Below, one piece after another: positions 35,593 through 44,780 of a DNA stretch of 64,000 nt (position 1 is its first letter; every line of letters starts with the position of its first letter). Origin of the DNA: an uncultured Candidatus Saccharibacteria bacterium (GTDB lineage Bacteria > Patescibacteriota > Saccharimonadia > Saccharimonadales > JACDBH01); contig CAYSJS010000001.1 in the NCBI GenBank assembly GCA_964431415.1, forward strand, positions 1,740 to 65,739, given 5' to 3'. The translations under genes were made by a program, and so were the position numbers. A model generated the notes under the pieces. The model made no database searches. It saw only the letters and a list, made by a program, of their open reading frames with translations, and was not told where the DNA came from.

Positions 35593-35602
35593 ATACAATC
35601 AT

Positions 35603-36472
35603 ATGCCAAGACAATGGATTACCGTTACCGAAGAATTAGCCGGCAAAAGAACTGACAAATTAATTGCCGACTATTTTCCGTCATATCCGCGAACAGCACT
35701 GCATAAACTGTTTGCAAGTGAGCACGTCCTTTTAAACGGCAAGGTAACTAAACCGGGAATCAAGGTACGCCTTAATGACACCCTACGGGTTGACCTTTCG
35801 CCGCTCGAAATTACCATTGCCGATATAGATCTGCCAATCCTCTACGAAGACAAGGATGTACTAGTGATAAATAAACCATCTGGTGTTATATCTCATGCAC
35901 GAGGCAGGTATTTTGACGAACCATCGGTTGCTTCATTCGTCCGCCAAAAAGTTGCCGAGCTAACCGGCGAGCGCAGCGGTATCGTCCACAGGCTCGACAG
36001 AGCAACCAGCGGCGTCATGATTTGTGCCAAGAACACCGATGCGCTGAGCTGGCTGCAAAGACAATTTAGCGAGCGAAAGGTGCAGAAAACGTATATGGCA
36101 GTCGTATTCGGCTCACTGCCCACAGAAGAGGGTTTAATAGACATGCCGATTGCCCGGAATCCTTTAAAACCAGTAACCTTCCACGTGCACGAAAGCGGAA
36201 AGCACGCCACCACTCACTACCGTGTTATAAGCCAGAATAACGGCTATAGTTTAGTGGAACTAAAACCAGTTACCGGCCGCACCCACCAGCTCAGAGTGCA
36301 TCTAGCTCAACTTGGTCATCCGATTGTGGGCGACGACCTATACCACGGCGAAAGCGCAGAACGTCTGATGCTGCATGCGCATTCGCTTACCATCGCCCTT
36401 CCATCAAAAGAAATAGTCACATTCGAGGCGCCGCTGCCCGAAGCATTTAACCGCTACTATGTAAGCCCATGA
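35603..36472 (+). CDS. RluA-family (RluD-like) pseudouridine synthase with an N-terminal S4 domain
   Basis: HRLDRATSGVMICAKN catalytic motif. The ATG at 35603 comes after the trpS stop. The longer ORF-track start overlaps trpS. Confidence 0.85.
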   Translation: MPRQWITVTEELAGKRTDKLIADYFPSYPRTALHKLFASEHVLLNGKVTKPGIKVRLNDTLRVDLSPLEITIADIDLPILYEDKDVLVINKPSGVISHARGRYFDEPSVASFVRQKVAELTGERSGIVHRLDRATSGVMICAKNTDALSWLQRQFSERKVQKTYMAVVFGSLPTEEGLIDMPIARNPLKPVTFHVHESGKHATTHYRVISQNNGYSLVELKPVTGRTHQLRVHLAQLGHPIVGDDLYHGESAERLMLHAHSLTIALPSKEIVTFEAPLPEAFNRYYVSP

Positions 36473-37344
36473 ACAGCCAGCTTCTTATTCATCCCCGGAC
36501 AGCCTCGCAGCTCAAAAGATTCATATTAGACCAACATCATGGTCTCATCCTTGCCGGGCCGGAAGGATCAGGCAAAGAAACACTTGCCATGCACGTAGCC
36601 GCCGAGTTGCTTGGTATTTCGCCAAAAGCATTACAACAGTACCCCTATTACACGGTGGTGAATCCAAAAGAGCAGTCTATATCGATCGACGAAGTAAGAG
36701 CCGCCCAGAAGTTACTCACTCTCCGCACCCCGCACACCGCTCAAGTAATCAGGCGCGTAATTCTGGTCATAAATGCCGAACGAATGCGCTCCGAAGCTCA
36801 AAATGCGTTCCTAAAGAGTTTAGAGGAACCACCCGAGGACACATGTATTATTTTTACGACCGCGTCCGTTACCGGTTTACTGGACACCATACGTTCCCGG
36901 ATGCGTACCATTGAAGTATTGCCCATCGACATAGTCGCAGCAAAAACACATTACCGCACAAAAGGAATCTCTGCCGAATCAGTAGAGAAGAATTATGCGC
37001 TATCACAGGGTCAGGCCGGACTACTTCATTCGCTACTAGACGGCAGCGAGGCGCATGAGCTAAAGGAGTGGGTCTTGGCCGCAAAACAACTGCTTGCCAA
37101 GACACCTGGCGAAAGGCTTATGGACATAGACGAGCTAAGTAAAGACAAGGGCTCGGTTTTGCTACTTTTAAATGCGCTTGGACGGATGACGCACGCTGCT
37201 TTGTTGCATGCCGGAAGAACCGGCGCCCGTGCCAGTATTGAAAGATGGAGCAAAAGTTCGGAGGCTGTACTTGCCGCCAAAGAATCAGTTCGGATGAACG
37301 TAAACACGAAACTCGTGCTTGATCAGCTTTTCCTTAATCTGTAA
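36469..37344 (+). CDS. holB: DNA polymerase III delta'-like AAA+ clamp-loader subunit
   Basis: LILAGPEGSGKETLA Walker-A-like motif and TIRSRMRTIEV (SRC-like) motif. Confidence 0.6.
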   Translation: MNSQLLIHPRTASQLKRFILDQHHGLILAGPEGSGKETLAMHVAAELLGISPKALQQYPYYTVVNPKEQSISIDEVRAAQKLLTLRTPHTAQVIRRVILVINAERMRSEAQNAFLKSLEEPPEDTCIIFTTASVTGLLDTIRSRMRTIEVLPIDIVAAKTHYRTKGISAESVEKNYALSQGQAGLLHSLLDGSEAHELKEWVLAAKQLLAKTPGERLMDIDELSKDKGSVLLLLNALGRMTHAALLHAGRTGARASIERWSKSSEAVLAAKESVRMNVNTKLVLDQLFLNL

Positions 37345-37408
37345 AAGACGTGGGCGCCGCCACAAGGAACGCTACCCTCTAAGCGTAAAATGCGATATAC
37401 TACCATAC

Positions 37409-38062
37409 ATGCTTGAATTAGCGTTTGTTGTTGGTTTTGGTTTTTTAGCCTTCCGCAGCTCTAAAGTTAAAGAAACCGAACTTTCTAATGTTTCTCTCCG
37501 TATTAGCGACCGTATGAGTAAACTCTGGGATATTGCCCAGGCAGGCATGCGTGAAAACCGCTTTCTCCGCGCCGAAAAGGCGTTGCTTACCATCCTAAAA
37601 ATCGACCAAAAAAATGCCGCTGCCTACAACCGACTCGGTATTTTGTACGCTAAACAAAAGGAATACAAGGATGCTATCGACTGCTTTGAGATCGCTAGCT
37701 CCATTCAACCGAGCGCATCTTCTCTCCATAACTTAGGTCTTATTTACTTCGAAACGGAAAACTATGAAAAGGCCGCTTTGGCATTTGAGATGGCTCTCAA
37801 TCTAGAAAGCAACCTTGCTGCCCGGCACATCGCCTATGCCAAAGTCCAGGAAAAGTTAGGCAACCAAAAACTGATGATTATCGAGCTCGAGAAGGCAAGT
37901 GAACTAGAACCCAACCCCGAAACGTTTGGCCTGCTGCTACGGGCATACGAGGCAAATGATATGCAGGCCGAGGCCGACGTAATCAAAGCAAAGCTAGACA
38001 AGCTAATCATGCCTGCCGGGAAGCCGCGCCGGGTACTACGACCGCGCAAGGTAGTAATATAG
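37409..38062 (+). CDS. TPR-repeat protein with an N-terminal TM helix
   Basis: Consecutive TPR-like 34-mers (AAAYNRLGILYAKQKEYKDAIDCFEIASSIQP...). The ATG at 37409 was chosen. Confidence 0.65.
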   Translation: MLELAFVVGFGFLAFRSSKVKETELSNVSLRISDRMSKLWDIAQAGMRENRFLRAEKALLTILKIDQKNAAAYNRLGILYAKQKEYKDAIDCFEIASSIQPSASSLHNLGLIYFETENYEKAALAFEMALNLESNLAARHIAYAKVQEKLGNQKLMIIELEKASELEPNPETFGLLLRAYEANDMQAEADVIKAKLDKLIMPAGKPRRVLRPRKVVI

Positions 38063-38143
38063 TCGGCATTATAACCGCGCTTCGATGATGTGGCTTGACC
38101 ATGTGCGTTTAACTAGGGTATAAGTTGTTCTAAAGGAAAGTAC

Positions 38144-39118
38144 ATGGAAAACCAAACACACTACATGCAAACGCCCTTGTGGGCAAACATAAAAAAACAG
38201 TATGGTTGGAAAAACTATCAAGTTGTTGTGCCCGAGCTTCCGGCCGGTTCGGTTACCGTCTATACAAGGCGGGTGCCCGGGCTTGGAACAGTGTGCTATG
38301 CTCCGGGTTTATACGGTATAAACGAGAAAAATGTTACAGCGCTTACCGAAGCCATCAAAAAAACGGCACCAAAAAGTGCTTTTGTGTTTCGGCTGGAGAG
38401 CAACGACCGTGCTTCCAATGAAGTTCTGTCGGCACTTCAGCAGGCAGCCTGGAAGAAAACCGCCAAGCACGTACAGTACCGGCATACGGTACAACTAGAT
38501 CTAACCCTGCCAGACAACGACTTATGGATGAGCCTAAAATCGCGCGGACGTTACGAAATTTTGCAAGCCGAGAAGTTTGGCGTAGTGCCAGAAGAAGTTG
38601 AAACAACAGACGAAAACCTCGAAAAGATGTATGAACTTATGCAGATAACCTCAAGCCGTAATGCATTTTTTATCCGGGATAAAGATTTTACCATGGCGTA
38701 TTGGAAAGCCTTCCGTGAAGCAGGCCAGCTGCGGCTATTTTTTGCCTCGCACGAAGCCGATACGCTTGCAGGCGCCGTCGTAATAACAAATGGTATACAT
38801 GCGTGGTATAAAGACGGTGGTTCGGTACGTCTTAAGTCTAAACTCATGGCCGCTCGATTACTCCAGTGGGACATTGTAAAAACACTCAAAAAACAAGGCT
38901 TCACACAGTATGACCTAGGCGGCATACCAGAACCCGACACACATCAAGACAGCTCAATGAAGGGTATTTACGTCTTTAAAACCGCCTATTCAAAGGACAC
39001 AATCTCATTATTACCGACACTGGAACTCCCGCTTTCCAAAAGTTACACATTGTGGCCAAAAGCAGAAAAACAGTGGCTCCGCGCCTATAACTTCTTCGCT
39101 CACAATCTTTGGTGGTAG
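38144..39118 (+). CDS. FemAB-family peptidoglycan interpeptide-bridge aminoacyltransferase-like protein
   Basis: Length and blocks (QTPLWANIKKQYGW..., RGRYEILQAEKFGV..., YKDGGS) resemble FemX/FemAB family proteins. Confidence 0.6.
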   Translation: MENQTHYMQTPLWANIKKQYGWKNYQVVVPELPAGSVTVYTRRVPGLGTVCYAPGLYGINEKNVTALTEAIKKTAPKSAFVFRLESNDRASNEVLSALQQAAWKKTAKHVQYRHTVQLDLTLPDNDLWMSLKSRGRYEILQAEKFGVVPEEVETTDENLEKMYELMQITSSRNAFFIRDKDFTMAYWKAFREAGQLRLFFASHEADTLAGAVVITNGIHAWYKDGGSVRLKSKLMAARLLQWDIVKTLKKQGFTQYDLGGIPEPDTHQDSSMKGIYVFKTAYSKDTISLLPTLELPLSKSYTLWPKAEKQWLRAYNFFAHNLWW

Positions 39119-39167
39119 ATGTTAATTAAGTATTGACTTAATTAAGCCATTTGCTTATCATGGGCAT

Positions 39168-39473
39168 ATGGATAAGTTTTACGCGCTCGCAGCCCCAATA
39201 CGCCGAGAAATCATCGCACTGTTATCGGACGGCGCACAACTAAACGCCACTACAATTGCCGAGAAGTTCGACCTTACCGCTCCGGCAATATCTCAGCACT
39301 TGAAAGTTTTACTCGACTGTAAACTGGTGCGTATGCACAAACAGGCGCAAAAACGAATTTATGAACTTAACCCCATTGCTATTGCCGAGGTAGAATCTTG
39401 GGCGCGCGAAATTGCAAAACATCTGAACCCACTCCCTAGCAGTTCCAGTCAAGACAATAGAAAAAGCGCATAA
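39168..39473 (+). CDS. ArsR/SmtB-family winged-helix transcriptional regulator
   Basis: LAAPIRREIIALLSDG...ATTIAEKFDLTAPAISQHLKVLLDCKLV. Confidence 0.85.
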   Translation: MDKFYALAAPIRREIIALLSDGAQLNATTIAEKFDLTAPAISQHLKVLLDCKLVRMHKQAQKRIYELNPIAIAEVESWAREIAKHLNPLPSSSSQDNRKSA

Positions 39474-39478
39474 ATCTT

Positions 39479-40675
39479 ATGTTAACTCTTCCCAATGAAA
39501 CTCCTTTTACGCACACCTCACAGGAGGCCACTCTGCCTGATGGCGTAACAAATGAGCTATTTGGTATTAATGTAGACGCTCTCTTACGATTTGGCAGAAT
39601 TGCCGTTGACTCTACTCTTATGCCAAGCGGCGTCGAGAGGGGACTGCGCTTATTACCGCAAGCCGTGAAATTCGTGCCACTTATAGAATCAATCCAAACC
39701 GGTTCTTCGCCAAGTCCAGAAGAACTCCAACCCTACAGACAAGTAGTCCGGGAAACGTTTGTTCCGATAGCATTCGTAGAAAAGGTTGCTGCAAAACTGG
39801 GCGAAAAGGTATCGGGTGCGCTTAACAACAAATTAGACGCAAAAATTGTTGCAAAAACCGAAGAAGCCACCTACAAAACAAGCGAAACTATCAAAGAACA
39901 CCTCGAAGACGTGCAGCATGTGGCCGGTTTTGAGAATCCAAGAGAACAGTTTGCAACCGAAATAAGCCTGCTCTCTCGTACGGTGAGCGCAGCCATACGC
40001 CAGGAACGCAATGCACGCATCAGTGGTGCCGTGAGCAAACAAGAAGCCATCCCTGGTTTTAAAGGAGTGGCGTTGAAAGTAATACAGAAAGTAAAAGGTT
40101 TCTTTAAGCGACTCTTTGGAAAAAAGGCACCTCAGACGGAGATCACTGCTTACGATGCGGGGCTCGGTATTCATAAAGTGGTGCAGCAGTTTAAAGAGTT
40201 CCCGGATGTTATGGGCAGCGAAAATAGATTTCCTCTTTTGAATCGATTTATTCAAAAAGCAATACCGAAAACGAGAACTGTCTATCCGGACTATTACGCA
40301 GTGGCAGCTCCGGAAATCTTAAGCTTCCTATATTCGGGCGGGCGCCCGGAAGATTATGACTCTGAACTGGTCGCAAGCATCACTCGTAACCCTCACGATG
40401 TACGGTTTATTACCCGGTACGGGCGTCTTGCTGATCGCTTAGCCAGGATCCGAAACGCATCACACACCCTTATCCCCGCTTTTAAAGAGTTACTACCTGA
40501 ATCTAACAAGCAGATTTTAGATGCGCTTCATAAAGCACAGGTATTCTTCCGTCCTAAACCATATTGTATCCCTGATGCCACGAACAAAGAAAACAATACA
40601 GCTCCGCAGCCAATAACCGCACGCGCTAAATCTTTCTTCGCCAGAATCGGTAAGAAGTTTAGACAAAAGAAATAA
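39479..40675 (+). CDS. Hypothetical 398-aa protein
   Basis: Long ORF 5 nt after the ArsR gene. No family recognised. Confidence 0.55.
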   Translation: MLTLPNETPFTHTSQEATLPDGVTNELFGINVDALLRFGRIAVDSTLMPSGVERGLRLLPQAVKFVPLIESIQTGSSPSPEELQPYRQVVRETFVPIAFVEKVAAKLGEKVSGALNNKLDAKIVAKTEEATYKTSETIKEHLEDVQHVAGFENPREQFATEISLLSRTVSAAIRQERNARISGAVSKQEAIPGFKGVALKVIQKVKGFFKRLFGKKAPQTEITAYDAGLGIHKVVQQFKEFPDVMGSENRFPLLNRFIQKAIPKTRTVYPDYYAVAAPEILSFLYSGGRPEDYDSELVASITRNPHDVRFITRYGRLADRLARIRNASHTLIPAFKELLPESNKQILDALHKAQVFFRPKPYCIPDATNKENNTAPQPITARAKSFFARIGKKFRQKK

Positions 40676-40676
40676 C

Positions 40677-41861
40677 TTAGCCGCCGGTGTAGCCGCCGAC
40701 AAACTGAATTAAGTAATAACACCAAAGCGCTGCATACACCGCCAAGACCGGCCCGTATAGTGCCTTGTAGCGGCGCAGAACCTCGAGAACCATCCAATGC
40801 AGCGGAAATGCCATAAGAATGTAGCGGCTAAATCCGTCAAAGTTACCACTAATAAGCGGCGTCAGCGCGTACAACATAAGATATATAACGTAGCTCCACC
40901 GCTTTCGCTTCACGAAGTACCAGACGCTCGCCATCAGCAGCAAGAAGCCGAGTACGCTGACCGCGCTTACAGTATCGCCCAGTGTGGCAAAATAGTTACT
41001 TCCAAAGCGGTTCCACGCCTTTTCGGCAACCAAAAATTGCAGCGGGTTCCCAAACTCTTTCATCAAGAAAACCATATACATACCAAGGGGTATAAGTCCG
41101 GCCAGCCCATACATAATAATCTTTCTCAGCTGATACTTTGCTTCTAGGAGCAGCAAAAGTACAAACAAGAGTAAGAAAAGCCCGTTGAGCCTTGTGGTGC
41201 ATGCGAAGGCTGCAAACCCCACTGCCCACACCGGCCGTTTCTGCAGAGCAAAATATATGGCTCCGAGCGCTAGTGCAGCAAATAAACTTTCCGTATAGAC
41301 GCCGACACTAAACACCGCTGTCGGAAAGAATAGAAATAGACAGGCCGCAATAATATAATCTTCTAGTTTTTTCAGACGAAATAGCCTGCTCACTATTTTT
41401 AAGTAAAAGTACACAGCAAAAACAAGACTCGCCCAGCTCACCAACGCAGCACCTAAAAGATACGAGCCGACAAAATACGACACGATGCTCCCGAGTAGTG
41501 GATAAAGCGGGAAAAAGGCGGTATGGACAGACTCAAGATAGCCATATTTGGCGATACTTAAATAAAATCTACTATCCCACTTGGCGAATGAGTTTAGAGA
41601 ATTAGTTACTTCATAGGGGTAATTTGCTGTAGCGGCAATATTCGAAGGCACAACATTTTTTGTATAAAGCCCCAGGCAAATCGTAAAGACAATATATAGT
41701 AGCGTAATTAAAAGGCTCAAAGACAGTATAGGGTGGCTTTTTACATACTCGAGCACTTGTTTTCTCATGCCAGACAGCGTGCTTTTCATATAGCGATAGT
41801 ATAAAGGGTGCGAAACGAATTCACGAATTTTCACTAGAATAGTATGGTTGTTTAGACGCAC
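40677..41861 (-). CDS. Polytopic membrane protein, GT-C/PIG-V-like glycosyltransferase candidate
   Basis: About 10 TM helices. The first loop contains KWDSRFYLSIAKYGY, reminiscent of PIG-V/mannosyltransferase-type GT-C enzymes. Confidence 0.45.
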   Translation of the reverse strand: MRLNNHTILVKIREFVSHPLYYRYMKSTLSGMRKQVLEYVKSHPILSLSLLITLLYIVFTICLGLYTKNVVPSNIAATANYPYEVTNSLNSFAKWDSRFYLSIAKYGYLESVHTAFFPLYPLLGSIVSYFVGSYLLGAALVSWASLVFAVYFYLKIVSRLFRLKKLEDYIIAACLFLFFPTAVFSVGVYTESLFAALALGAIYFALQKRPVWAVGFAAFACTTRLNGLFLLLFVLLLLLEAKYQLRKIIMYGLAGLIPLGMYMVFLMKEFGNPLQFLVAEKAWNRFGSNYFATLGDTVSAVSVLGFLLLMASVWYFVKRKRWSYVIYLMLYALTPLISGNFDGFSRYILMAFPLHWMVLEVLRRYKALYGPVLAVYAALWCYYLIQFVGGYTGG

Positions 41862-41919
41862 TTCAATCGTCGAGGCGCAACTTGGGAGAAGTAATCACTG
41901 GCAAGAAACGACTTCCTAA

Positions 41920-41948
41920 TTGTCAGCGGCCGCCACATCTGTTAAAAT
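41920..41948 (+). promoter_or_regulatory. Candidate promoter for the tRNA-Thr/Tyr pair (TTGTCA-N17-TAAAAT)
   Basis: Hexamers at 41920-41925 and 41943-41948. The tRNA begins 13 nt downstream. Confidence 0.45.
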
Positions 41949-41960
41949 GCCTCGGTACGC

Positions 41961-42035
41961 GCCGCCTTAGCTCAGTGGTAGAGCAACAGTTTTGTAAACT
42001 GTGGGTCGTCGGTTCAAATCCGACAGGCGGCTCCA
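41961..42035 (+). tRNA. tRNA-Thr (anticodon UGU), CCA encoded
   Basis: Manual cloverleaf: acceptor GCCGCCT/AGGCGGC, anticodon arm ACAGT-TTTGTAA-ACTGT, T arm GTCGG-TTCAAAT-CCGAC. Confidence 0.9.
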
Positions 42036-42051
42036 ATTACTTTAAAAATAT

Positions 42052-42137
42052 GCAGGGTTAGTGAAGCGGTCAAACACGACAGACTGTAAATCTGTTGGCA
42101 TTCGCCTTCGTAGGTTCGAATCCTACACCCTGCACCA
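42052..42137 (+). tRNA. tRNA-Tyr (anticodon GUA) with a long variable arm, CCA encoded
   Basis: Acceptor GCAGGGT/ACCCTGC, anticodon arm ACAGA-CTGTAAA-TCTGT, T arm GTAGG-TTCGAAT-CCTAC. Confidence 0.9.
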
Positions 42138-42182
42138 TATAGCTCATACATAGCGGACTTCTCTGTTTGTTATGATAAAGGC

Positions 42183-42653
42183 ATGAAGTATTTTGTCGTA
42201 AGACATGCACAAACCGATGCAAACAGAATAACTCGAGCTGCATTTGGCGTGGAAGGTGCGCCGATTAATGACACCGGCAAAGAACAAGCTAAATCATTAA
42301 AGCGCATATTACTAGAGAAAGGCATCGACCCCGAGACAGAACCCGTGGCAGTATCCGAGCTTTTACGAGCAAGACAGACAGCAGAGGTTGCTGGCTTCAA
42401 ACGGATTTTTATAAACGGTTTGCTTAATGAAGTAAACGCAGATAATCCGGAAAAGACTTTAGACCTAATCTCTCAAGCAAAAGTTCCGGAAATGGCAGCT
42501 AGAGCCGCTCAAGCACTTATAGCCAACCCGCCATCAGAACAAGTATGGGTAACCCACGGACTACTAATAGCAGCCCTTGAATCTGAATTAGGAATTTCTA
42601 ATATGGACAAGTTTATTCCGGACTATTGCGAAGTACGAGAAATTGAATTCTAA
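42183..42653 (+). CDS. Histidine phosphatase (phosphoglycerate mutase-like) family protein
   Basis: N-terminal VVRHAQTDAN (RHG-type motif) and later THG. Confidence 0.7.
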   Translation: MKYFVVRHAQTDANRITRAAFGVEGAPINDTGKEQAKSLKRILLEKGIDPETEPVAVSELLRARQTAEVAGFKRIFINGLLNEVNADNPEKTLDLISQAKVPEMAARAAQALIANPPSEQVWVTHGLLIAALESELGISNMDKFIPDYCEVREIEF

Positions 42654-42738
42654 GATAAAGAGCGATAACTTTTATCCTACTTGAGCATTAAACTCAAAAA
42701 AATTGTAATGTTATTGTCAAAATTATATAATTAGCTTT

Positions 42739-43086
42739 ATGTCAAAGCATGAAGTAAATGTAGATCGTATTGCCAGTTACTTAACAAGACACCGCAACGT
42801 GCCACCAGAGCGCGAAGGCTGGTTTTCGCCTTATGAAATTAGTGTGGGACTTCGACAAGATGAGGGGAGAGGAATAAGTTCTTTCAAGCTTTTTCCTGCG
42901 TTAGATCTTCTACTAGCGGCTGAACCGCCTGTCATAGAAGACACTTGGATGCAGACTGACTCAGAAGAAAACCCAATAACAGAAGTAAGGTTCACTCATC
43001 CGGATCAGCCAAAAGATGCGCGTCGATACTATCGAGCACTAGGGAATGTACAGAATTGCGTAACAGTAGTTAATCCGCCAAACTAA
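42739..43086 (+). CDS. Hypothetical 115-aa protein
   Basis: ORF only. No family recognised. Confidence 0.45.
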   Translation: MSKHEVNVDRIASYLTRHRNVPPEREGWFSPYEISVGLRQDEGRGISSFKLFPALDLLLAAEPPVIEDTWMQTDSEENPITEVRFTHPDQPKDARRYYRALGNVQNCVTVVNPPN

Positions 43087-43165
43087 ACTATAAACCTTGC
43101 ATGGTAATTATAGAACTATTTGCCACCGGTACCTCACTGCGATACGACCCTGGTATACTTAATGC

Positions 43166-43381
43166 ATGAACTGCCCTAGCTGTGAAAAACCAATGCGAAA
43201 AGTTCAGTGGGGAATAACCAATAACTTTAAAGTTGGCAAAGACTTTAAGGAATACGACAAGTTTACGTACGAATGTAAGGCTGATGACACCTGGGTAACG
43301 GTCGAGACGCCACTTGCTGAGAAAAAGTCCTCAAAACACACTGCAAGCCCGGCCCCCGAAAAGAGCAGTAAGCACAAATAA
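43166..43381 (+). CDS. Hypothetical 71-aa protein with an N-terminal CxxC
   Basis: MNCPSCEKPM... plus one later Cys (YECK). An incomplete zinc-ribbon-like pattern. Confidence 0.4.
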   Translation: MNCPSCEKPMRKVQWGITNNFKVGKDFKEYDKFTYECKADDTWVTVETPLAEKKSSKHTASPAPEKSSKHK

Positions 43382-43383
43382 TT

Positions 43384-43860
43384 ATGATCCACGCTGTCGC
43401 ATACATTTTATTTATACTTCCTTTTACTGCCTGGCTCGGACATGAGCTGAAACGCCCCTATATTTTGTATAAACACTGGGGCTGGTTGGCGGGCGCCTTC
43501 ACGACAGGCATTGTCGGCGCAGTGCTTTCATACGTCTATGATGATAAGTTCGGTAACTTTTTACTGCATGCTAGCGGCGGTTTTGCGAGTTGCTTGTTAT
43601 ATATATACCTGCTTAAAACATTAAAGCTGCGTTTTACCTGGTCGCTTACTATAGTATTACTATTTGGATTTGTCTCTGCTCTTGGCGTACTAAACGAGCT
43701 CTTTGAATACGCATATGAGCTACTACACTTAGGAACGATGAGTTTTGACACGCACGACACCTGGAGAGACTTCGTCGCAAACACCACAGGCGCTATATTC
43801 GCATGGATGCTTTACCGCGTTGTAATTTTGGCACGCCGTTCATTCGCTCATAAACGGTAA
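43384..43860 (+). CDS. Hypothetical membrane protein (158 aa)
   Basis: Four to five hydrophobic helices. Starts 2 nt after the previous ORF. Confidence 0.5.
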   Translation: MIHAVAYILFILPFTAWLGHELKRPYILYKHWGWLAGAFTTGIVGAVLSYVYDDKFGNFLLHASGGFASCLLYIYLLKTLKLRFTWSLTIVLLFGFVSALGVLNELFEYAYELLHLGTMSFDTHDTWRDFVANTTGAIFAWMLYRVVILARRSFAHKR

Positions 43861-43905
43861 TAACAACATGCGGGAAAGAAGGATTTACGGTTCAGGCTCA
43901 ACACC

Positions 43906-43934
43906 TTTCATAAAGGCGTCTAACACGGTATAAT
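43906..43934 (+). promoter_or_regulatory. Candidate promoter for tRNA-Thr(GGU) (TTTCAT-N17-TATAAT, preceded by AACACC)
   Basis: Hexamers at 43906-43911 and 43929-43934. The tRNA starts 16 nt downstream. Confidence 0.5.
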
Positions 43935-43949
43935 ATGCAGGTTATTTAG

Positions 43950-44024
<75 letters not shown>

Positions 44025-44082
44025 GTATAACTAATTTCAATGTTCGTTTTACCTATACTCGAAATGCCACTGGCATTTCTCC

Positions 44083-44119
44083 GGTCTCGGGTTCAAGTCC
44101 CGATCGTGGCTCCAGTATA
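44083..44119 (+). repeat. Exact 37-bp duplicate of the tRNA-Thr(GGU) 3' portion (variable region, T arm, 3' acceptor, CCA, plus 5 nt)
   Basis: ggtctcgggttcaagtcccgatcgtggctccagtata occurs at 43993-44029 and again at 44083-44119. It is preceded by a perfect 8-bp hairpin, gaaatgcc-act-ggcatttc (44061-44079). Confidence 0.85.
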
Positions 44120-44128
44120 CTTGTATAT

Positions 44129-44443
44129 ATGACTTCAGAATTCTTACCCATAGGAGACCCAATTCTTCAGGCCCGAGACATACAGCGTCACTCAGGTTGG
44201 GCTGCGCTTGGACTTTTGGGTACCGGAGCCGTGAGCATATGTGCCAGCGTGCGCTACGGTGACACTACTCTCGGTCTGTTAGGCATGGGGCTTGTTACTG
44301 GCGCGGGCATGGCTTTCGCACCCTGCGATGAAGCAACAGAATATACCGACAGACAGGTAGAGAGCGAGCTTACGGCACTTACAACCGACCCAAGCGAAAG
44401 AGCAGCGTGTGCATTACAAGTATGGGGCGTTCAAGAAAGCTAA
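44129..44443 (+). CDS. Hypothetical 104-aa protein with hydrophobic segments
   Basis: The ATG at 44129 was chosen. The ORF-track version (43964) reads through the tRNA and its duplicate. Confidence 0.4.
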   Translation: MTSEFLPIGDPILQARDIQRHSGWAALGLLGTGAVSICASVRYGDTTLGLLGMGLVTGAGMAFAPCDEATEYTDRQVESELTALTTDPSERAACALQVWGVQES

Positions 44444-44453
44444 GCGGCCCCTC

Positions 44454-44482
44454 TTGGCAAAGAGTAGCCGATCTGTTACAAT
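44454..44482 (+). promoter_or_regulatory. Candidate promoter for rpmG (TTGGCA-N17-TACAAT)
   Basis: Hexamers at 44454-44459 and 44477-44482. Confidence 0.4.
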
Positions 44483-44524
44483 AGCTGGTAAAGCTTTATT
44501 AATTTGAATATATAGGTAATAGTA

Positions 44525-44728
44525 ATGGCTAAAAAAGGCGAAAAACGGAAGATTATCGGTATGGTGAGCGAACTTTCTGGTCACCGCACGTACTACACAA
44601 CCAAAAATACCATGAACACTCCAGAGAAACTTCGTTTAAAGAAGTATGATCCGGTAGCACGCACCCATGCATGGTACGAAGAAACCAAGAAAAATCTTGG
44701 CCGAAACACCGTTAACCCAAAGAAATAA
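44525..44728 (+). CDS. rpmG: 50S ribosomal protein L33 (Cys-less form with a C-terminal extension)
   Basis: [46 protein letters not shown] aligns with the L33 core. The four zinc-binding Cys positions are replaced. Confidence 0.85.
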   Translation: MAKKGEKRKIIGMVSELSGHRTYYTTKNTMNTPEKLRLKKYDPVARTHAWYEETKKNLGRNTVNPKK

Positions 44729-44746
44729 GTCGCGGATATCATAAGG

Positions 44747-44776
44747 AAAACCGAGCCATCGTGCTCGGTTTTTTAT
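44747..44776. terminator. Bidirectional rho-independent terminator between rpmG and zwf
   Basis: aaaaccgagc / gctcggtttt stem with a 6-nt loop, flanked by an A-run and a T-run. Confidence 0.75.
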
Positions 44777-44780
44777 TTCT